The notes: a model not told the origin generated them from the sequence alone. A stretch of 55,126 nt of DNA from Rhodoferax sp. (GCA_035572155.1 DATNBD010000007.1:1-55126), one strand, 5' to 3'; shown: positions 1 to 16,209, counted from the stretch's first letter. Numbers and translations are program-made.

Positions 1-407
1 GGCAGCCAGACCAGTTCGCGCACCGAGGTGTCCAGCGCGGCCCCCGCGCGGGCCAGCTCGGCCAGCCCGCTGTCGGTGGCCAGCATCTGCGCGCCCGCGT
101 GGCGCAGGATGTAGGCCACTTCGTCGGCTTTGAGCATGAAGTTGATCGGCACCAGCACCGCGCCGAGTCGCGCCAGCGCAAAGCGCAGCGCGGCAAAGGC
201 GTGCGAGTTGCGCGCGAGGATGGCGACCCGATCCCCCTTGCCGACACCGTGCCCGGCCAGACCGGCCGCCACACGTTCGGTGATGCGCTCGAACTCGGCA
301 TAGCTCCAGGTGGTGCTGCCGCAGATGACGGCGGTCTTGGCGGGGGTGCGGCGCGCGCTGCGGCGCAGGATATCGGCCAGCGTCTGGCGTCGGATCATCG
401 GGCTCAT
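1..407 (-). CDS. Acyl-CoA synthetase (AMP-binding family), 5' part; runs off the window
   Basis: Not in the ORF track; read manually. AGGAG then ATG at 407 gives MSPMIRRQTLADILRRSARRTPAKTAVICGSTTWSYAEF...GVGKGDRVAILARNS...LGAVLVPINFML, a typical adenylate-forming enzyme N-terminus. Confidence 0.85.
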   Translation of the reverse strand, partial: MSPMIRRQTLADILRRSARRTPAKTAVICGSTTWSYAEFERITERVAAGLAGHGVGKGDRVAILARNSHAFAALRFALARLGAVLVPINFMLKADEVAYILRHAGAQMLATDSGLAELARAGAALDTSVRELVWL

Positions 408-498
408 GGCGCTCCTTTTGTACAGGCTGGGCGCGCAGGCCGCGCTCGCCTGACAGTTTAGCGCCTCGATTGCTGCGCGCCTGCGCCGTGAGCGCGCA

Positions 499-1839
499 TC
501 AATCCTGCAGTTCGAGCACGCGGTTGATGCGCAGGGCGACCAGCGTGCATACCACGCCCGAGAGCAGATACACGCTGACATAGGCCAGTCCGAAGTGGGC
601 GGACAGTCCGAGCGCCACCAGTGGTGCAAACGCGGCCCCGATCAGCCAGGCCAGATCGGACGTGAGCGCGGCGCCTGTGTAGCGGTATCGGGTGGAAAAG
701 TTCGCGCTCACGGCACCAGCCGCCTGCCCGTAGGACAGGCCGAGCAGCGCGAACCCGACCAGGATGAACAGGTCGTGCTGCAGCGAGCTGCCGTCCAGCA
801 GCAGGGGCGCGAACAGGCTGAAGACCCCGATGCAGGCGGCCAGCGTGCCCAGCGTGTTGCGGCGCCCGAAACGGTCCGCAATCGCTCCGGAAGCAATCAC
901 ACCGCCAATTGCGATGAAAGCCCCGACGATCTGGATCAGCAGTACATCATGTACCGGTTGCGTGGAGCGCAGCGTGATCCATGAGAGGGGGAAGATGGTG
1001 ACGAGGTGGAACAGCGCATAGCTCGCGAGGGCCGCGAACGCGCCGATGACGACATTGCTCCCACGCGCCTGCAACAGCTCGACGACCGGGGCGGGCTCCA
1101 GTTCGTACCGGTCCAGCAGCCGCTCGTACTCGTTCGTGGCCACCAGCCGCAGCCTGGCGAACAGGGCCACCACATTGATCGCGAATGCCACGTAGAACGG
1201 ATAGCGCCAGCCCCATTCGAGGAAATCCGCGGCGGACAGACTGTCATAGAGGAACAGGAACAGTCCGCTGGCAAGGATGAAGCCGATCGGCGCACCCAAC
1301 TGCGGAACCATCGCATACCAGCCGCGCCGGCGCGGCGGCGCGTTCAGGGCCAGCAGCGAGGGCAAGCCGTCCCAGGAGCCACCCAGCGCGACCCCCTGGC
1401 AAAAGCGCAGGATGGACAACAGCACGATGGCGGCGAATCCCAGCGAGTCGTAGCCGGGCAGGAAGGCAATGCCCGCGGTGGCCACGCCGAGGAAAAACAG
1501 CGCGGCCGTCAATTTGACGCTGCGCCCCCAGCGGCGCTGGATCGCCATGAAGGCGACCGTCCCGAAGGGCCGGGCGATGAAGGCGAACGAGAGGATCACG
1601 AACGCGTACAGGGTTCCCTCCAGCGGCGCCTTGAACGGAAAGAACACCGCCGGGAAAACCAGCACCGAGGCGATGCCGTACACGAAAAAGTCGAAATATT
1701 CGGACGCGCGGCCAATGATCACGCCCACCGCGATGTCGGCCGGTTTGATGGAGGCATGGTCGGCCGTACGGCGCCGGATGTCGCGCTCCAGCGCAAGCGA
1801 CGAAGGTTCGACGGAAGGGGGGCTCGCGCTGGACATCAT
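499..1839 (-). CDS. MFS transporter, metabolite:H+ symporter (MHS) family
   Basis: About 12 hydrophobic segments; EYFDFFVYG, ARPFG and WGWRYPF motifs; divergent from cyoA. Confidence 0.9.
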   Translation of the reverse strand: MMSSASPPSVEPSSLALERDIRRRTADHASIKPADIAVGVIIGRASEYFDFFVYGIASVLVFPAVFFPFKAPLEGTLYAFVILSFAFIARPFGTVAFMAIQRRWGRSVKLTAALFFLGVATAGIAFLPGYDSLGFAAIVLLSILRFCQGVALGGSWDGLPSLLALNAPPRRRGWYAMVPQLGAPIGFILASGLFLFLYDSLSAADFLEWGWRYPFYVAFAINVVALFARLRLVATNEYERLLDRYELEPAPVVELLQARGSNVVIGAFAALASYALFHLVTIFPLSWITLRSTQPVHDVLLIQIVGAFIAIGGVIASGAIADRFGRRNTLGTLAACIGVFSLFAPLLLDGSSLQHDLFILVGFALLGLSYGQAAGAVSANFSTRYRYTGAALTSDLAWLIGAAFAPLVALGLSAHFGLAYVSVYLLSGVVCTLVALRINRVLELQD

Positions 1840-1888
1840 GGTTTTGCGGGTCTTTTCGATGGGATCATGTTAGCCGACAACACAATCG

Positions 1889-1930
1889 TGTTGCACTGCA
1901 CCAAAAATGCTACCATAGGGAAAACACTGA
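1889..1930. promoter_or_regulatory. Candidate regulator sites in the MFS/cyoA divergent promoter: TGC-N3-GCA (PhaR-like, 1892-1900) and TAGGGAAAACACTGA (1916-1930)
   Basis: Motifs seen directly; regulator identity is inference. Confidence 0.3.
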
Positions 1931-1984
1931 TCAACAAGCGTAATTTCTGATTCAGCCGATCTTTTTCCGGCTCTTTTCCACGAT

Positions 1985-3070
1985 ATGTCCGTTCTCAAGA
2001 TCCTTCGCGGATGGCCCCTGATTGCTGCCACCGCCATGCTGACCGGCTGCAGCAAAATGGTGCTGCTGCACCCGTCCGGCGACATCGCCATTCAGCAGCG
2101 CGACCTGATGGTCGCCTCCACCGTCCTGCTGTCGCTGATCATCGTGCCGGTGATCGTGCTGATCCTGCTGTTTGCGTGGCGTTATCGCCACTCCGACCGC
2201 AACCAGCAGGCGCGCTACGAGCCCGACTGGGACCATTCGACGCAGCTCGAGCTGGTCATCTGGGCCGTGCCGCTGATGATCATCATCACCCTGGGTGCAT
2301 TGACCTGGGTCAGCACCCACACGCTGGATCCGTTTCGGCCGCTGCAGCGTCTGGACGCGACGCACGAGTTGACGGTGGGACAGCAGCCGCTGGTCGTGGA
2401 TGTGGTGGCGCTCGACTGGAAGTGGCTGTTCATCTATCCGGAGCAGGGTATCGCCGTCGTGAACCAGTTGGCGGCACCGGTGGATCGGCCGATTACCTTC
2501 AACATCACGTCGGCCACGGTCATGAACTCGTTCTACATTCCGGCCCTGGCGGGTCAAATCTACGCGATGGCCGGCATGCAGACCCAGCTTCATGCGGTCA
2601 TCAACAAGGCGGGCCAGTACGAGGGGTTTTCCGCCAACTACAGCGGCGCCGGGTTTTCCGACATGCGTTTCACGTTTCGCGGCATGAGTGCCGGTGATTT
2701 CGACCAATGGGTCAAGACGGCCAGGGCCAGCGGGGGCGTACTGACCCGCGATGCCTATCTGAGACTCGAGCAACCCAGTGAGCACGAGCCGGAGCGCAGC
2801 TATGCGGCGGTAGCGCCCGGACTGTATGACGCGATCCTGAACCAGTGCGTCGAGCCTAACAAGATGTGCATGAGCCAGATGGCCGCCATGGATGACAGTG
2901 GTGGTGAGGTGCCCTCCGGCGGTTCTGACAACACGGTGCTGGGGGATTCCGCGGTGCGGACGAAGTCGCGCCATTTCAACGCATCGGGGAAGCCCGCCAT
3001 GGGCACCATGAACATGGCAGGGCATGAGCCGGCTGGCGCATCGGCGGCCCGAGCGCCGCCCACTTTGTAG
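1985..3070 (+). CDS. cyoA: Cytochrome bo3 ubiquinol oxidase subunit II
   Basis: Lipobox LTGC; WDHSTQLELVIW, LDWKWLFIYP, VMNSFYIP and SANYSGAGFS motifs. Confidence 0.97.
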   Translation: MSVLKILRGWPLIAATAMLTGCSKMVLLHPSGDIAIQQRDLMVASTVLLSLIIVPVIVLILLFAWRYRHSDRNQQARYEPDWDHSTQLELVIWAVPLMIIITLGALTWVSTHTLDPFRPLQRLDATHELTVGQQPLVVDVVALDWKWLFIYPEQGIAVVNQLAAPVDRPITFNITSATVMNSFYIPALAGQIYAMAGMQTQLHAVINKAGQYEGFSANYSGAGFSDMRFTFRGMSAGDFDQWVKTARASGGVLTRDAYLRLEQPSEHEPERSYAAVAPGLYDAILNQCVEPNKMCMSQMAAMDDSGGEVPSGGSDNTVLGDSAVRTKSRHFNASGKPAMGTMNMAGHEPAGASAARAPPTL

Positions 3071-3177
3071 ACGTGCCCGAACCTGCCGCACCGCGCCGTC
3101 GATCCGGCGCCCGGGCCAACGATTTCAGGCGCATGGACGCCACCTGCCTTTCTCCAATTCTCCCTTGAGGGACAACT

Positions 3178-5181
3178 GTGTTTGACCATCTCGACATCGC
3201 GAAGCTGATTTTTGGTCGGCTCACTCTGGATTCGATCCCCTACCACGTGCCCATCCTGGTATGGACCTTCGTCGGGGTCGCCATTGGCGGCGCCATGGTG
3301 ATCGGGGCGCTGACTTACCTGCGCGCCTGGGGCTACCTGTGGCGCGAGTGGTTCACCAGCATTGATCACAAAAAAATCGGCGTCATGTATGTCGTGCTCG
3401 GACTCATCATGCTGCTGCGCGGCTTTTCAGACGCCCTCATGATGCGCAGCCAGCAGGCGATTGCCTTCGGCAGCAATGCCGGATATCTGCCGCCCGAACA
3501 TTACGACCAGATCTTCACGGCGCACGGCGTCATCATGATCTTCTTCGTCGCGATGCCCCTGGTGGTGGGGTTGATGAATTTTGTCGTGCCGCTGCAGATT
3601 GGCGCGCGCGACGTGGCCTTTCCGTTTCTGAACAACTTCAGCTTCTGGCTGACGGTGTTTGGCGCCGGCCTGACCATGGTGTCGCTGTTCGTTGGCAACT
3701 ACGCGCGCACGGGTTGGCTCGCCTACCCGCCGCTGTCGGGTCTGGCCTACAGCCCGGATGTGGGGGTGGACTACTACATCTGGTCGTTGCAGGTGGCCGG
3801 GATCGGCACGCTGCTGTCGGGCGTGAACATGATCGTGACCATCGTGAAGATGCGAGCCCCCGGCATGACGCTCATGAAGATGCCGGTGTTCACCTGGACG
3901 GCCCTTTGCACGAACGTGCTGATCGTCGCGTCCTTCCCGTTCCTGACCGCCGTGCTGGCGTTCCTGACGCTGGACCGTTACCTGGGCATGCACTTCTTCA
4001 CCAACGGATTCGGCGGCGACGCCATGATGTACATCAACCTCGTCTGGATCTGGGGCCACCCCGAGGTGTACATCCTGGTTCTGCCCGCGTTCGGGATCTA
4101 CTCCGAAGTGGTGCCCACGTTTTCCGGCAAGCGTCTGTTCGGCTACGCCTCCATGGTCTATGCAACGCTCGTGATCACCATTCTCGCGTACATCGTGTGG
4201 CTGCATCACTTCTTCACAATGGGCTCGGGCGCCAGCGTGAATTCGTTCTTCGGCATCACGACGATGATCATCTCGATCCCGACCGGTGCCAAGATATTCA
4301 ACTGGCTGTTCACGATGTACCGGGGCCGCATTCGATACGAACTGCCCATGATGTGGACGCTGGCCTTCATGGTCACCTTTGTCATCGGCGGCATGACGGG
4401 GGTCATGCTGGCGGTGCCGCCGGCCGATTTCATCTTGCACAACAGCCTTTTCCTGGTTGCGCATTTCCATAACGTGATCATCGGCGGCGTCGTGTTCGGC
4501 ATGTTTGCCGGGATCTGCTACTGGTTTCCCAAGGCGTTCGGCTTCAAGCTGGACGTGTTCTGGGGCAAATGCTCATTCTGGTTCTGGGTGGTGGGCTTCT
4601 ACTTCGCCTTCATGCCGCTGTACGTGCTGGGTTTGATGGGTGTGACCCGCCGCATGAGCCATTTCGACGACCCGTCATTGCAGATCTGGTTCGTGCTGGC
4701 CGCCTTTGGCGCGCTTTTGATCGCGCTCGGCATCGCATCCTTCATCATCCAGCTCGTGGTCAGCTACCGCAACCGGGAAGCGCTGTGCGACACCACCGGT
4801 GACCCGTGGGGCGGGCGCACGCTGGAATGGTCGACGTCGTCTCCCCCGCCCGCGTACAACTTCGCCTTCACGCCGGTCGTTCACGACAACGATGCGTGGT
4901 GGGACATGAAGCAGCACCGCTACGTGCGGCCGGTGTCCGGCTTCATTCCGATCCACATGCCCAAGAACACGGCGGCGGGCTTCGTCATTGCCGCGATCTG
5001 CGGGATATTCGGTTTCGCGATGATCTGGCACATGTGGCCGCTCGCGGTGCTGTCGTTTGCCGGCATTCTGGTCTCCACCATCGTTCACACCTTCAACTAC
5101 AACCGCGACTTCCACATTCCAGCCAGCGAAGTCGTTCATACGGAAGGTGTCCGCACGCGCCTGTTGAATGCCCATGTCTGA
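3178..5181 (+). CDS. cyoB: Cytochrome bo3 ubiquinol oxidase subunit I
   Basis: GTG start after GAGG; DHKKIG, WGHPEVY, VWLHH and AHFH heme-copper ligand motifs. Confidence 0.98.
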   Translation: MFDHLDIAKLIFGRLTLDSIPYHVPILVWTFVGVAIGGAMVIGALTYLRAWGYLWREWFTSIDHKKIGVMYVVLGLIMLLRGFSDALMMRSQQAIAFGSNAGYLPPEHYDQIFTAHGVIMIFFVAMPLVVGLMNFVVPLQIGARDVAFPFLNNFSFWLTVFGAGLTMVSLFVGNYARTGWLAYPPLSGLAYSPDVGVDYYIWSLQVAGIGTLLSGVNMIVTIVKMRAPGMTLMKMPVFTWTALCTNVLIVASFPFLTAVLAFLTLDRYLGMHFFTNGFGGDAMMYINLVWIWGHPEVYILVLPAFGIYSEVVPTFSGKRLFGYASMVYATLVITILAYIVWLHHFFTMGSGASVNSFFGITTMIISIPTGAKIFNWLFTMYRGRIRYELPMMWTLAFMVTFVIGGMTGVMLAVPPADFILHNSLFLVAHFHNVIIGGVVFGMFAGICYWFPKAFGFKLDVFWGKCSFWFWVVGFYFAFMPLYVLGLMGVTRRMSHFDDPSLQIWFVLAAFGALLIALGIASFIIQLVVSYRNREALCDTTGDPWGGRTLEWSTSSPPPAYNFAFTPVVHDNDAWWDMKQHRYVRPVSGFIPIHMPKNTAAGFVIAAICGIFGFAMIWHMWPLAVLSFAGILVSTIVHTFNYNRDFHIPASEVVHTEGVRTRLLNAHV

Positions 5182-5815
5182 AATCACTGCATCCACCATG
5201 ACCGCCGGCACGAGTGCCGGCGCGGCCCCACGCTACTACCTCACGGGCGAGCACCGCCCGGAAAACGGCACGCTGCTCGGGTTCTGGCTGTATTTGATGA
5301 GTGACTGCTTCATCTTCTCGGCTCTGTTCGCCACCTACGGGGTGCTGGGACGGAACTACGCGGCTGGTCCTTCGGGCGCGGATCTGTTCGATCTGCCGAT
5401 GGTTGCCCTGAACACGTCGCTGCTGCTGCTGTCGTCCATCACTTATGGTTTTGCAGTGTTGGAAATGCAGCGCGACCGGGCGCGGACTATGCTCATCTGG
5501 CTGGCGGTCACGGGACTGCTGGGCGCCGGCTTTATCGGCCTGGAGTTGTCCGAGTTCGCACACATGATCCAGGACGGCGCAGGCCCACAGCGCAGTGCCT
5601 TCCTGTCCTCGTTCTTTACGCTGGTCGGCACTCATGGCCTGCACGTGACGTTCGGCATCGTCTGGCTGGTGACCCTCATGTTCCAGGTGGGCAAGCACGG
5701 TTTGAGCCAGGCCAATCGCCGGCGCGTGATGTGTCTGTCGATGTTCTGGCATTTTCTCGACGTCGTGTGGATCGGCGTGTTCACGTTCGTTTACCTGATG
5801 GGGTCAATCCGATGA
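5174..5815 (+). CDS. cyoC: Cytochrome bo3 ubiquinol oxidase subunit III
   Basis: [19 protein letters not shown] and FWHFLDVVW motifs; overlaps the cyoB stop (alternative start 5168). Confidence 0.96.
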   Translation: MSEITASTMTAGTSAGAAPRYYLTGEHRPENGTLLGFWLYLMSDCFIFSALFATYGVLGRNYAAGPSGADLFDLPMVALNTSLLLLSSITYGFAVLEMQRDRARTMLIWLAVTGLLGAGFIGLELSEFAHMIQDGAGPQRSAFLSSFFTLVGTHGLHVTFGIVWLVTLMFQVGKHGLSQANRRRVMCLSMFWHFLDVVWIGVFTFVYLMGSIR

Positions 5816-6198
5816 ATGCGCATTCGCAAGACGCCCTGCCGCATGACGATGGACACGCAGTGCAGGCCAGCCACGCCACGCTCAGGGGCTACGCCACGGG
5901 CTTTGTCCTGTCGGTGATCCTGACGGCCATCCCATTCTGGATCGTGATGGGCAAGGTGTTCGAGCGGCCCAACACGACGGCGCTGGTCATCCTGGCCATC
6001 GGAGCGGTGCAGATTTTGGTGCACATGGTGTATTTCCTGCACATGAACACCAGGTCCGAGGGCGGCTGGTCGCTGCTGGCGCTGGTCTTCACGCTGATGC
6101 TGGTCGTGATCACACTGAGTGGCTCCGTATGGGTCCTTTACCACCTGAATCACAACATGATGCCCATGTCGGTTCAGGACATGAACAACATGCCCTGA
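5812..6198 (+). CDS. cyoD: Cytochrome bo3 ubiquinol oxidase subunit IV
   Basis: ATGA overlap with the cyoC stop; GFVLSVILTAIPF, QILVHMVYFLHM and GSVWV motifs. Confidence 0.95.
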   Translation: MNAHSQDALPHDDGHAVQASHATLRGYATGFVLSVILTAIPFWIVMGKVFERPNTTALVILAIGAVQILVHMVYFLHMNTRSEGGWSLLALVFTLMLVVITLSGSVWVLYHLNHNMMPMSVQDMNNMP

Positions 6199-6215
6199 CG
6201 CCCGCGGGCGGCGAC

Positions 6216-7019
6216 GTGGAGTGCCGTCCGCGGTCAGCCGCGGCACGCGCCGTGCTGGTCCTGTGCGCGCTGCTGGTCTTCGCGGGACTCGTTGCGCTGG
6301 GGACCTGGCAGGTCGAACGACGGGCCTGGAAACTCGATCTGATTGCCCGGGTGGACCGGCGCGTGCATGCGCCGCCGGTTCCGGCGCCGGGCCCCGATGT
6401 GTGGCCGCAAATCACTGCGGCGAACGACGAATACCGGCATGTGCGAGTGGCGGGCAGGTTCCTGAACGATCGCGAAACCCTGGTGCAGGCCAGCACCGTG
6501 CTTGGCCGCGGCTTCTGGGTGCTGACACCGCTGCGAGAGGCCGATGGCACGCTGGTGCTGGTGAATCGCGGCTTTGTTCCGCCACAGCACACCAACCCGG
6601 CGGCGCCCGGTGCGCCCGAACCCCGGGGCGAAGCGGTGGTGACCGGGCTGCTGCGCATGACCGAGCCCGGTGGCGGCTTCCTGCGGCGCAACGATCCGTC
6701 CCACAACCGCTGGTATTCGCGCGATGTCCAGGCCATTGCAGCTGCGCGCGGCCTGACCCGGGTGGCGCCTTATTTTGTGGACGCGGATGCGGCCCGGCCC
6801 GGTGACCGCTCGGCGCGCGAGCCCGACCGCTGGCCGGTGGGCGGCCTGACCGTGATCAGTTTCTACAACCACCATTTGCTCTACGCGATCACCTGGTATG
6901 GCCTGGCCCTGATGGTCGCCGGCGCTGCGTGGCGCGTGGCACGCGAGGAACAGGAACTCTCGCGGCGAGCCAGGGCGCGCGGCATGGCCGATGGCGGCAA
7001 CGATCGGGAACGCTGCTGA
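6216..7019 (+). CDS. SURF1/Shy1 family heme-copper oxidase biogenesis protein (start uncertain)
   Basis: LGTWQVERRAWK, VLVNRGFVP and HLLYAITWYGLA motifs; follows cyoD. Confidence 0.92.
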   Translation: MECRPRSAAARAVLVLCALLVFAGLVALGTWQVERRAWKLDLIARVDRRVHAPPVPAPGPDVWPQITAANDEYRHVRVAGRFLNDRETLVQASTVLGRGFWVLTPLREADGTLVLVNRGFVPPQHTNPAAPGAPEPRGEAVVTGLLRMTEPGGGFLRRNDPSHNRWYSRDVQAIAAARGLTRVAPYFVDADAARPGDRSAREPDRWPVGGLTVISFYNHHLLYAITWYGLALMVAGAAWRVAREEQELSRRARARGMADGGNDRERC

Positions 7020-7228
7020 CATCGCGACCGTGCACCGCGGGAGGGGATGTGTCTGCCCCAATGGCCGCGGTTTGAAAATGTCTTTCTCCGATACCACAAT
7101 AGGGAAGGCCGGCATTCCCGGGCCGTCAGGCACTGCGCCGGTCGTGGGCCGCGGTCCGTCGGCGCCATGGCCTGAAATTGGCCACAATGGTGCCTCCCAT
7201 GCCTGAATCAAGAACAGGAGTCTCTCTG

Positions 7229-10099
<2,871 letters not shown>

Positions 10100-10120
10100 G
10101 TCCCAATAGAATCGGCCTGC

Positions 10121-11344
10121 ATGATTCGGCAGGCATTGATTTCAGGCGGTGGTATTGGCGGGCTCGCGGCGGCGCTGGCCTGTACGCGCGCGGGCTGGGA
10201 GGTGCGTTTGTTCGAGCGCGCGCCCGTGTTCAGCGAGATCGGCGCGGGGATCCAGCTCGGGCCGAATGTGACGCGCGTGCTGCACGCCTGGGATCTGGCC
10301 GCTGCGCTGGCCCACATCGCTGTTTTTCCCGAGCGTTTGCAGGTGCGCAATGCCGTCTCCGGCCAGGAGCTCGGCGTGCTGCCGCTCGGCGCCACGACGC
10401 TGCAGCGCTATGGCGCTCCCTATGCCACGGTGCACCGCGCCGACCTGCACCGCTTGCTGCTCGCGCAGCTGCAGCAGCGCGCGGATGTCAAGCTCAAGCT
10501 CAACTATCGCCTCGCGCGTTTCACCCAGACCACCGAAGCCGTGACGGTGCAAGGGCTGCAGCCGTCCGCGCGGCAGGGTGACATCTGGAGCCCGCAAATC
10601 GAAGGGGATGCGCTGATCGGCGCGGACGGCCTGTGGAGCCCGGTGCGTGAATGGCTGCTCGGCGACGGGCCGCCACGGGTCACCGGCCATCTGGCGTATC
10701 GCGCGCTGCTGCCGCAGTCGCGCCTGCCCGAGCGGCTGCGCAGCCAGCAGGTCACCGCCTGGCTGGGGCCGCGTCTGCATCTGGTGCAGTACCCGGTGCG
10801 CGGGGGCGAATGGCTCAACGTGGTCGGCATCGTGCAGGGGCGCCTGGATGCGGCCAACGGCGCGGATCTCGAAAACTGGGATCACGCCACCAACGCCCAG
10901 GCACTGCGCGCCGCGCTGGCCGGCACCTGCGCGCCGCTGCAGGACCTGGTCCATGCGATCGAGGCCTGGCGCCTGTGGGTGCTGTGCGACCGGCCGCCCA
11001 TGCAAGGTGCGCAGCAGCAGGCGCAGGGGCGCGTGGCGCTGCTGGGCGACGCGGCGCACCCGATGCGCCCGTATCTGGCGCAGGGCGCGGGCATGGCGAT
11101 CGAGGACGCGGCGGAACTGGGCCGCGTCCTCGGGCAGGCGCTGCAGGCCGGGCTGGAAATACCCACCATGCTGGGCCGCTACGCACAAAGCCGCTGGCGG
11201 CGCAATGCACAGGTGCAGGCATGCGCGATCCGCAATGGGCAGATTTTTCACGCCGATGGACTCGTGCGCTGGGGGCGCGACATCGCGTTGCGATCGCTGG
11301 GCGAGCGGCTGCTGGACCTGCCGTGGCTCTATCGCGGCACTTAG
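10121..11344 (+). CDS. FAD-dependent monooxygenase (salicylate hydroxylase / 3-hydroxybenzoate 6-hydroxylase-like)
   Basis: GGGIGG, EIGAGIQL, LIGADG and LLGDAAHPMRPYLAQGAGMAIED motifs. Confidence 0.88.
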   Translation: MIRQALISGGGIGGLAAALACTRAGWEVRLFERAPVFSEIGAGIQLGPNVTRVLHAWDLAAALAHIAVFPERLQVRNAVSGQELGVLPLGATTLQRYGAPYATVHRADLHRLLLAQLQQRADVKLKLNYRLARFTQTTEAVTVQGLQPSARQGDIWSPQIEGDALIGADGLWSPVREWLLGDGPPRVTGHLAYRALLPQSRLPERLRSQQVTAWLGPRLHLVQYPVRGGEWLNVVGIVQGRLDAANGADLENWDHATNAQALRAALAGTCAPLQDLVHAIEAWRLWVLCDRPPMQGAQQQAQGRVALLGDAAHPMRPYLAQGAGMAIEDAAELGRVLGQALQAGLEIPTMLGRYAQSRWRRNAQVQACAIRNGQIFHADGLVRWGRDIALRSLGERLLDLPWLYRGT

Positions 11345-11357
11345 CTCATGATTGAAG

Positions 11358-11413
11358 TGCTATATGTTATGTAGCTTACTTTCAATAACAGGCAAGGGCT
11401 AAGGTCATTTTTC
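11358..11413 (+). repeat. Dispersed ~55-bp bipartite motif, copy A (intergenic, between convergent genes)
   Basis: TGCTAT-ATGTTAT-GTAGC-TTACTTTCAATAACAGGCAA-GGGCT-AAGGTCAT-TTTT. Confidence 0.75.
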
Positions 11414-12253
11414 TTATAAATCCGTGCGCAGCTTCCAGATTTCTGGGAACAGCACCACATCGAGCATCTTGCGCAGGTAGCTCACGCCGCCGGTGCCGCC
11501 GGTGCCGCGCTTGAAGCCGATGATGCGCTCCACCGTCGTGACGTGGCGGAAGCGCCAGACGCGAAAGGCGTCTTCCAGGTCGGTCAGCTTTTCGCCCAGC
11601 TGGTACAGGTCCCAATACTTGTGCGGGTCGCGGTACACGCGAAGCCAGGCGGCCTCCACGGCTTCGCTGGCGGCGTAAGGCAGGCTCCAGTCGCGCTCCA
11701 GGTGGTCAGTCGGCACCGGTAGGCCCTGGCGGGCCAGCAGGCGCAACGCCTCGTCGTACAGGGAAGGCGCACGGTATGCCGCCTCGACCTTTTCCAGCAG
11801 CTCGGGGCGGTGCGCATGGGGCTTCAGCATGGCGCCGTTCTTGTTGCCGAGCGCGAATTCGATGCAGCGGTATTGCCAGCTCTGGAACCCGCTGGAGCTG
11901 CCCAGGTACGGCCGCATCGCGGTGTATTCGGGGGGCGTCATGGTGGCCAGTACGGTCCAGGCCTGCACCAACTGCTCCATGATGCGCGAGACGCGTGCCA
12001 GCATCTTGAAGGCGCTGGGCAGGTCGCCCGCCACGATGCAGGCCGTGGCCGCGTGCAGTTCGTGCAGCATCAGTTTCATCCACAGTTCGCTGGTTTGGTG
12101 CTGGATGATGAACAGCATCTCGTCATGCGCCGGCGACAGCGGCTGTTGCGCATTCAGGACCTGGTCCAGGTGCAGATAGTCGCTGTAGCTCATGGTTTGG
12201 CTGAAGTCCAGCCGGGCCTTTTCCTCGATCACGATTTGTTCGTTGCTCATCAT
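11414..12253 (-). CDS. kynA: Tryptophan 2,3-dioxygenase
   Basis: ATGA overlap with the kynU stop; [29 protein letters not shown] and [12 protein letters not shown] motifs. Confidence 0.96.
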   Translation of the reverse strand: MMSNEQIVIEEKARLDFSQTMSYSDYLHLDQVLNAQQPLSPAHDEMLFIIQHQTSELWMKLMLHELHAATACIVAGDLPSAFKMLARVSRIMEQLVQAWTVLATMTPPEYTAMRPYLGSSSGFQSWQYRCIEFALGNKNGAMLKPHAHRPELLEKVEAAYRAPSLYDEALRLLARQGLPVPTDHLERDWSLPYAASEAVEAAWLRVYRDPHKYWDLYQLGEKLTDLEDAFRVWRFRHVTTVERIIGFKRGTGGTGGVSYLRKMLDVVLFPEIWKLRTDL

Positions 12254-13548
12254 GTCACCGCCAGTTTCTGGTTGAATTCGGGCCGCTGCCATTCGCCGGT
12301 TTCCAATACCTGTCTCAGATGTTCGACCGCATTCCAGACGTCTTCGAAGCCCAGGTACAAGGGCGTCAGGCCAAAGCGCAGGATGTCCAGATACTGGCCG
12401 CCGTCGCCTGCGCGGAAGTCCCCGATCACGCTGCGCGCGATCAGCGCCTGCACGATCGCATAGGCGCCCGAGTCGCCGCCGGGCTCCTGCGGATTGGTGC
12501 GCGTGAGGCAGACCTGCGAGCCGCGCTGCGCGTGCGCGCGCGGTGTGGCCAGGCCCAGGCCATAGCCGGTGCAGCGCTGCTCGGTCAGTTCGATGAACAG
12601 GTCGGTCAGGGCCAGCGATTTGGCGCGCAGGGCCGCCATGCCGCCCAGCGGCTCGGCCGCCAGCACGGTGTCGAGCCCGCACTCCAGCGCCGCCAGGCTC
12701 AGCATGGGCTGGGTGCCGCACAGGTAGCGCGCGATGCCCTTTGCTGGCCGGTAGTCGGGCGTGAACTCGAACGGCGCGGCATGACCCCACCAGCCCGCCA
12801 GCGGCTGCCAGAAGCGGTCGGCATGTTTGGGGTTGACCCAGACGAAGGCCGGCGCGCCCGGTCCGCCATTGAGGTATTTGTAGCCGCAGCCGATGCTGAA
12901 GTCGGCCTGCGCCGCGTTCAGGTCCACCGGCACGGCGCCCGCACTGTGCGCCAGGTCCCAGACCGTGAGGGCGCCCGCCGCATGCGCCGCCGCCGTGAGC
13001 GCCGCCATGTCGTGCATGGCGCCCGTGCGGTAATTGACATGGGTCAGCATCAGCACCGCGACCTCGGGCGTGAGGGCCGCCAGTATCTCTTCCGGTTCGA
13101 CCAGTTGCAGGCGCAAGCCGCGCTCGGCGCACAGCGCCTGGGCGATGTAGAGGTCGGTCGGAAAGTTGCTGCGCTCGCTCACGACCACGTTGCGCTGCGG
13201 CGCGTCCTGCGCGGCAATGTGCAACGCGGCGCTCAGTACCTTGTACAGGTTGATCGAGGTGCTGTCGGTCGCCACCACCTCGCCCGGCGCGGCGCCGATC
13301 AGCCGCGCGATCTTGTCGCCCAGGCGCTGCGGCATCTCGAACCAGCCGGCGCTGTTCCAGGAGCGGATCAGGCCAGTGCCCCATTCCCGCGTCACGACCT
13401 CGGCGACGCGCGCTGCGGCCGTCTTGGGCAGCACGCCCAGCGAGTTGCCGTCGAGGTAGATCACGCCGGGGGGAATGGAGAATTGGTCGCGCAGCGGGCG
13501 CAGCGGGTCTTGCGCGTCGCGCTGCCGACAGTCTTGCAAGGTGGTCAT
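12250..13548 (-). CDS. kynU: Kynureninase
   Basis: [34 protein letters not shown] (PLP lysine) and RGSQV motifs. Confidence 0.96.
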   Translation of the reverse strand: MTTLQDCRQRDAQDPLRPLRDQFSIPPGVIYLDGNSLGVLPKTAAARVAEVVTREWGTGLIRSWNSAGWFEMPQRLGDKIARLIGAAPGEVVATDSTSINLYKVLSAALHIAAQDAPQRNVVVSERSNFPTDLYIAQALCAERGLRLQLVEPEEILAALTPEVAVLMLTHVNYRTGAMHDMAALTAAAHAAGALTVWDLAHSAGAVPVDLNAAQADFSIGCGYKYLNGGPGAPAFVWVNPKHADRFWQPLAGWWGHAAPFEFTPDYRPAKGIARYLCGTQPMLSLAALECGLDTVLAAEPLGGMAALRAKSLALTDLFIELTEQRCTGYGLGLATPRAHAQRGSQVCLTRTNPQEPGGDSGAYAIVQALIARSVIGDFRAGDGGQYLDILRFGLTPLYLGFEDVWNAVEHLRQVLETGEWQRPEFNQKLAVT

Positions 13549-13583
13549 GTCGTTCTCGGAATGAGGAATGGTGTGGCGAGATT

Positions 13584-13667
13584 TCAGGATTCACGCAGGG
13601 CCGCGCGAACCCGCGCGGGGGCGGCGTGCGTTGCATCGGGAGGCGAAATGTTCGAGGTCTTTTTCAT
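13584..13667 (-). pseudogene. Probable collapsed kynB (kynurenine formamidase) remnant
   Basis: 27-aa [30 protein letters not shown] directly upstream of kynU. It resembles the KynB N-terminus (M..LWDISPP) joined to the C-terminus (DASPVRA.LR). Confidence 0.5.
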
Positions 13668-13751
13668 CACGGCGTGAAGGTAGCACCGTGAAAAAGACCA
13701 TGGTGTCGGTTATTTCCAACAATCGGGATAAAAATCTCTCGTGCTTGCCGT

Positions 13752-16058
<2,307 letters not shown>

Positions 16059-16142
16059 GACGGTCTCCAGTGGTCGGTGGATAAGCAAGACTACTGCAAA
16101 GCCGATCGTCCTTCACACCCTGTTGGTACTTGAAGCGACTTG

Positions 16143-16172
16143 AAATAAAAAGCGCCCCGCGAGAGGGGCGCT
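16143..16172 (-). terminator. Rho-independent terminator downstream of the purine operon
   Basis: 8-bp stem AGCGCCCC/GGGGCGCT (16151-16172) followed on the minus strand by a T-rich tail. Confidence 0.8.
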
Positions 16173-16209
16173 GCTGCCGGTGCATGGTCCGAAGCTCTGA
16201 ATTCAGAAG

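Noticed and set aside
10121-11344. FAD monooxygenase as kynurenine 3-monooxygenase because it neighbours kynAU
   Set aside because: It is convergent rather than co-transcribed, and its motifs look salicylate/3-hydroxybenzoate hydroxylase-like. The substrate cannot be assigned from sequence.
11414-13636. 740-aa ORF that looks like a long N-terminal fusion to tryptophan dioxygenase
   Set aside because: The N-terminal ~460 aa is an alternate-frame read-through of kynU. The real kynA starts at the ATGA overlap at 12253.
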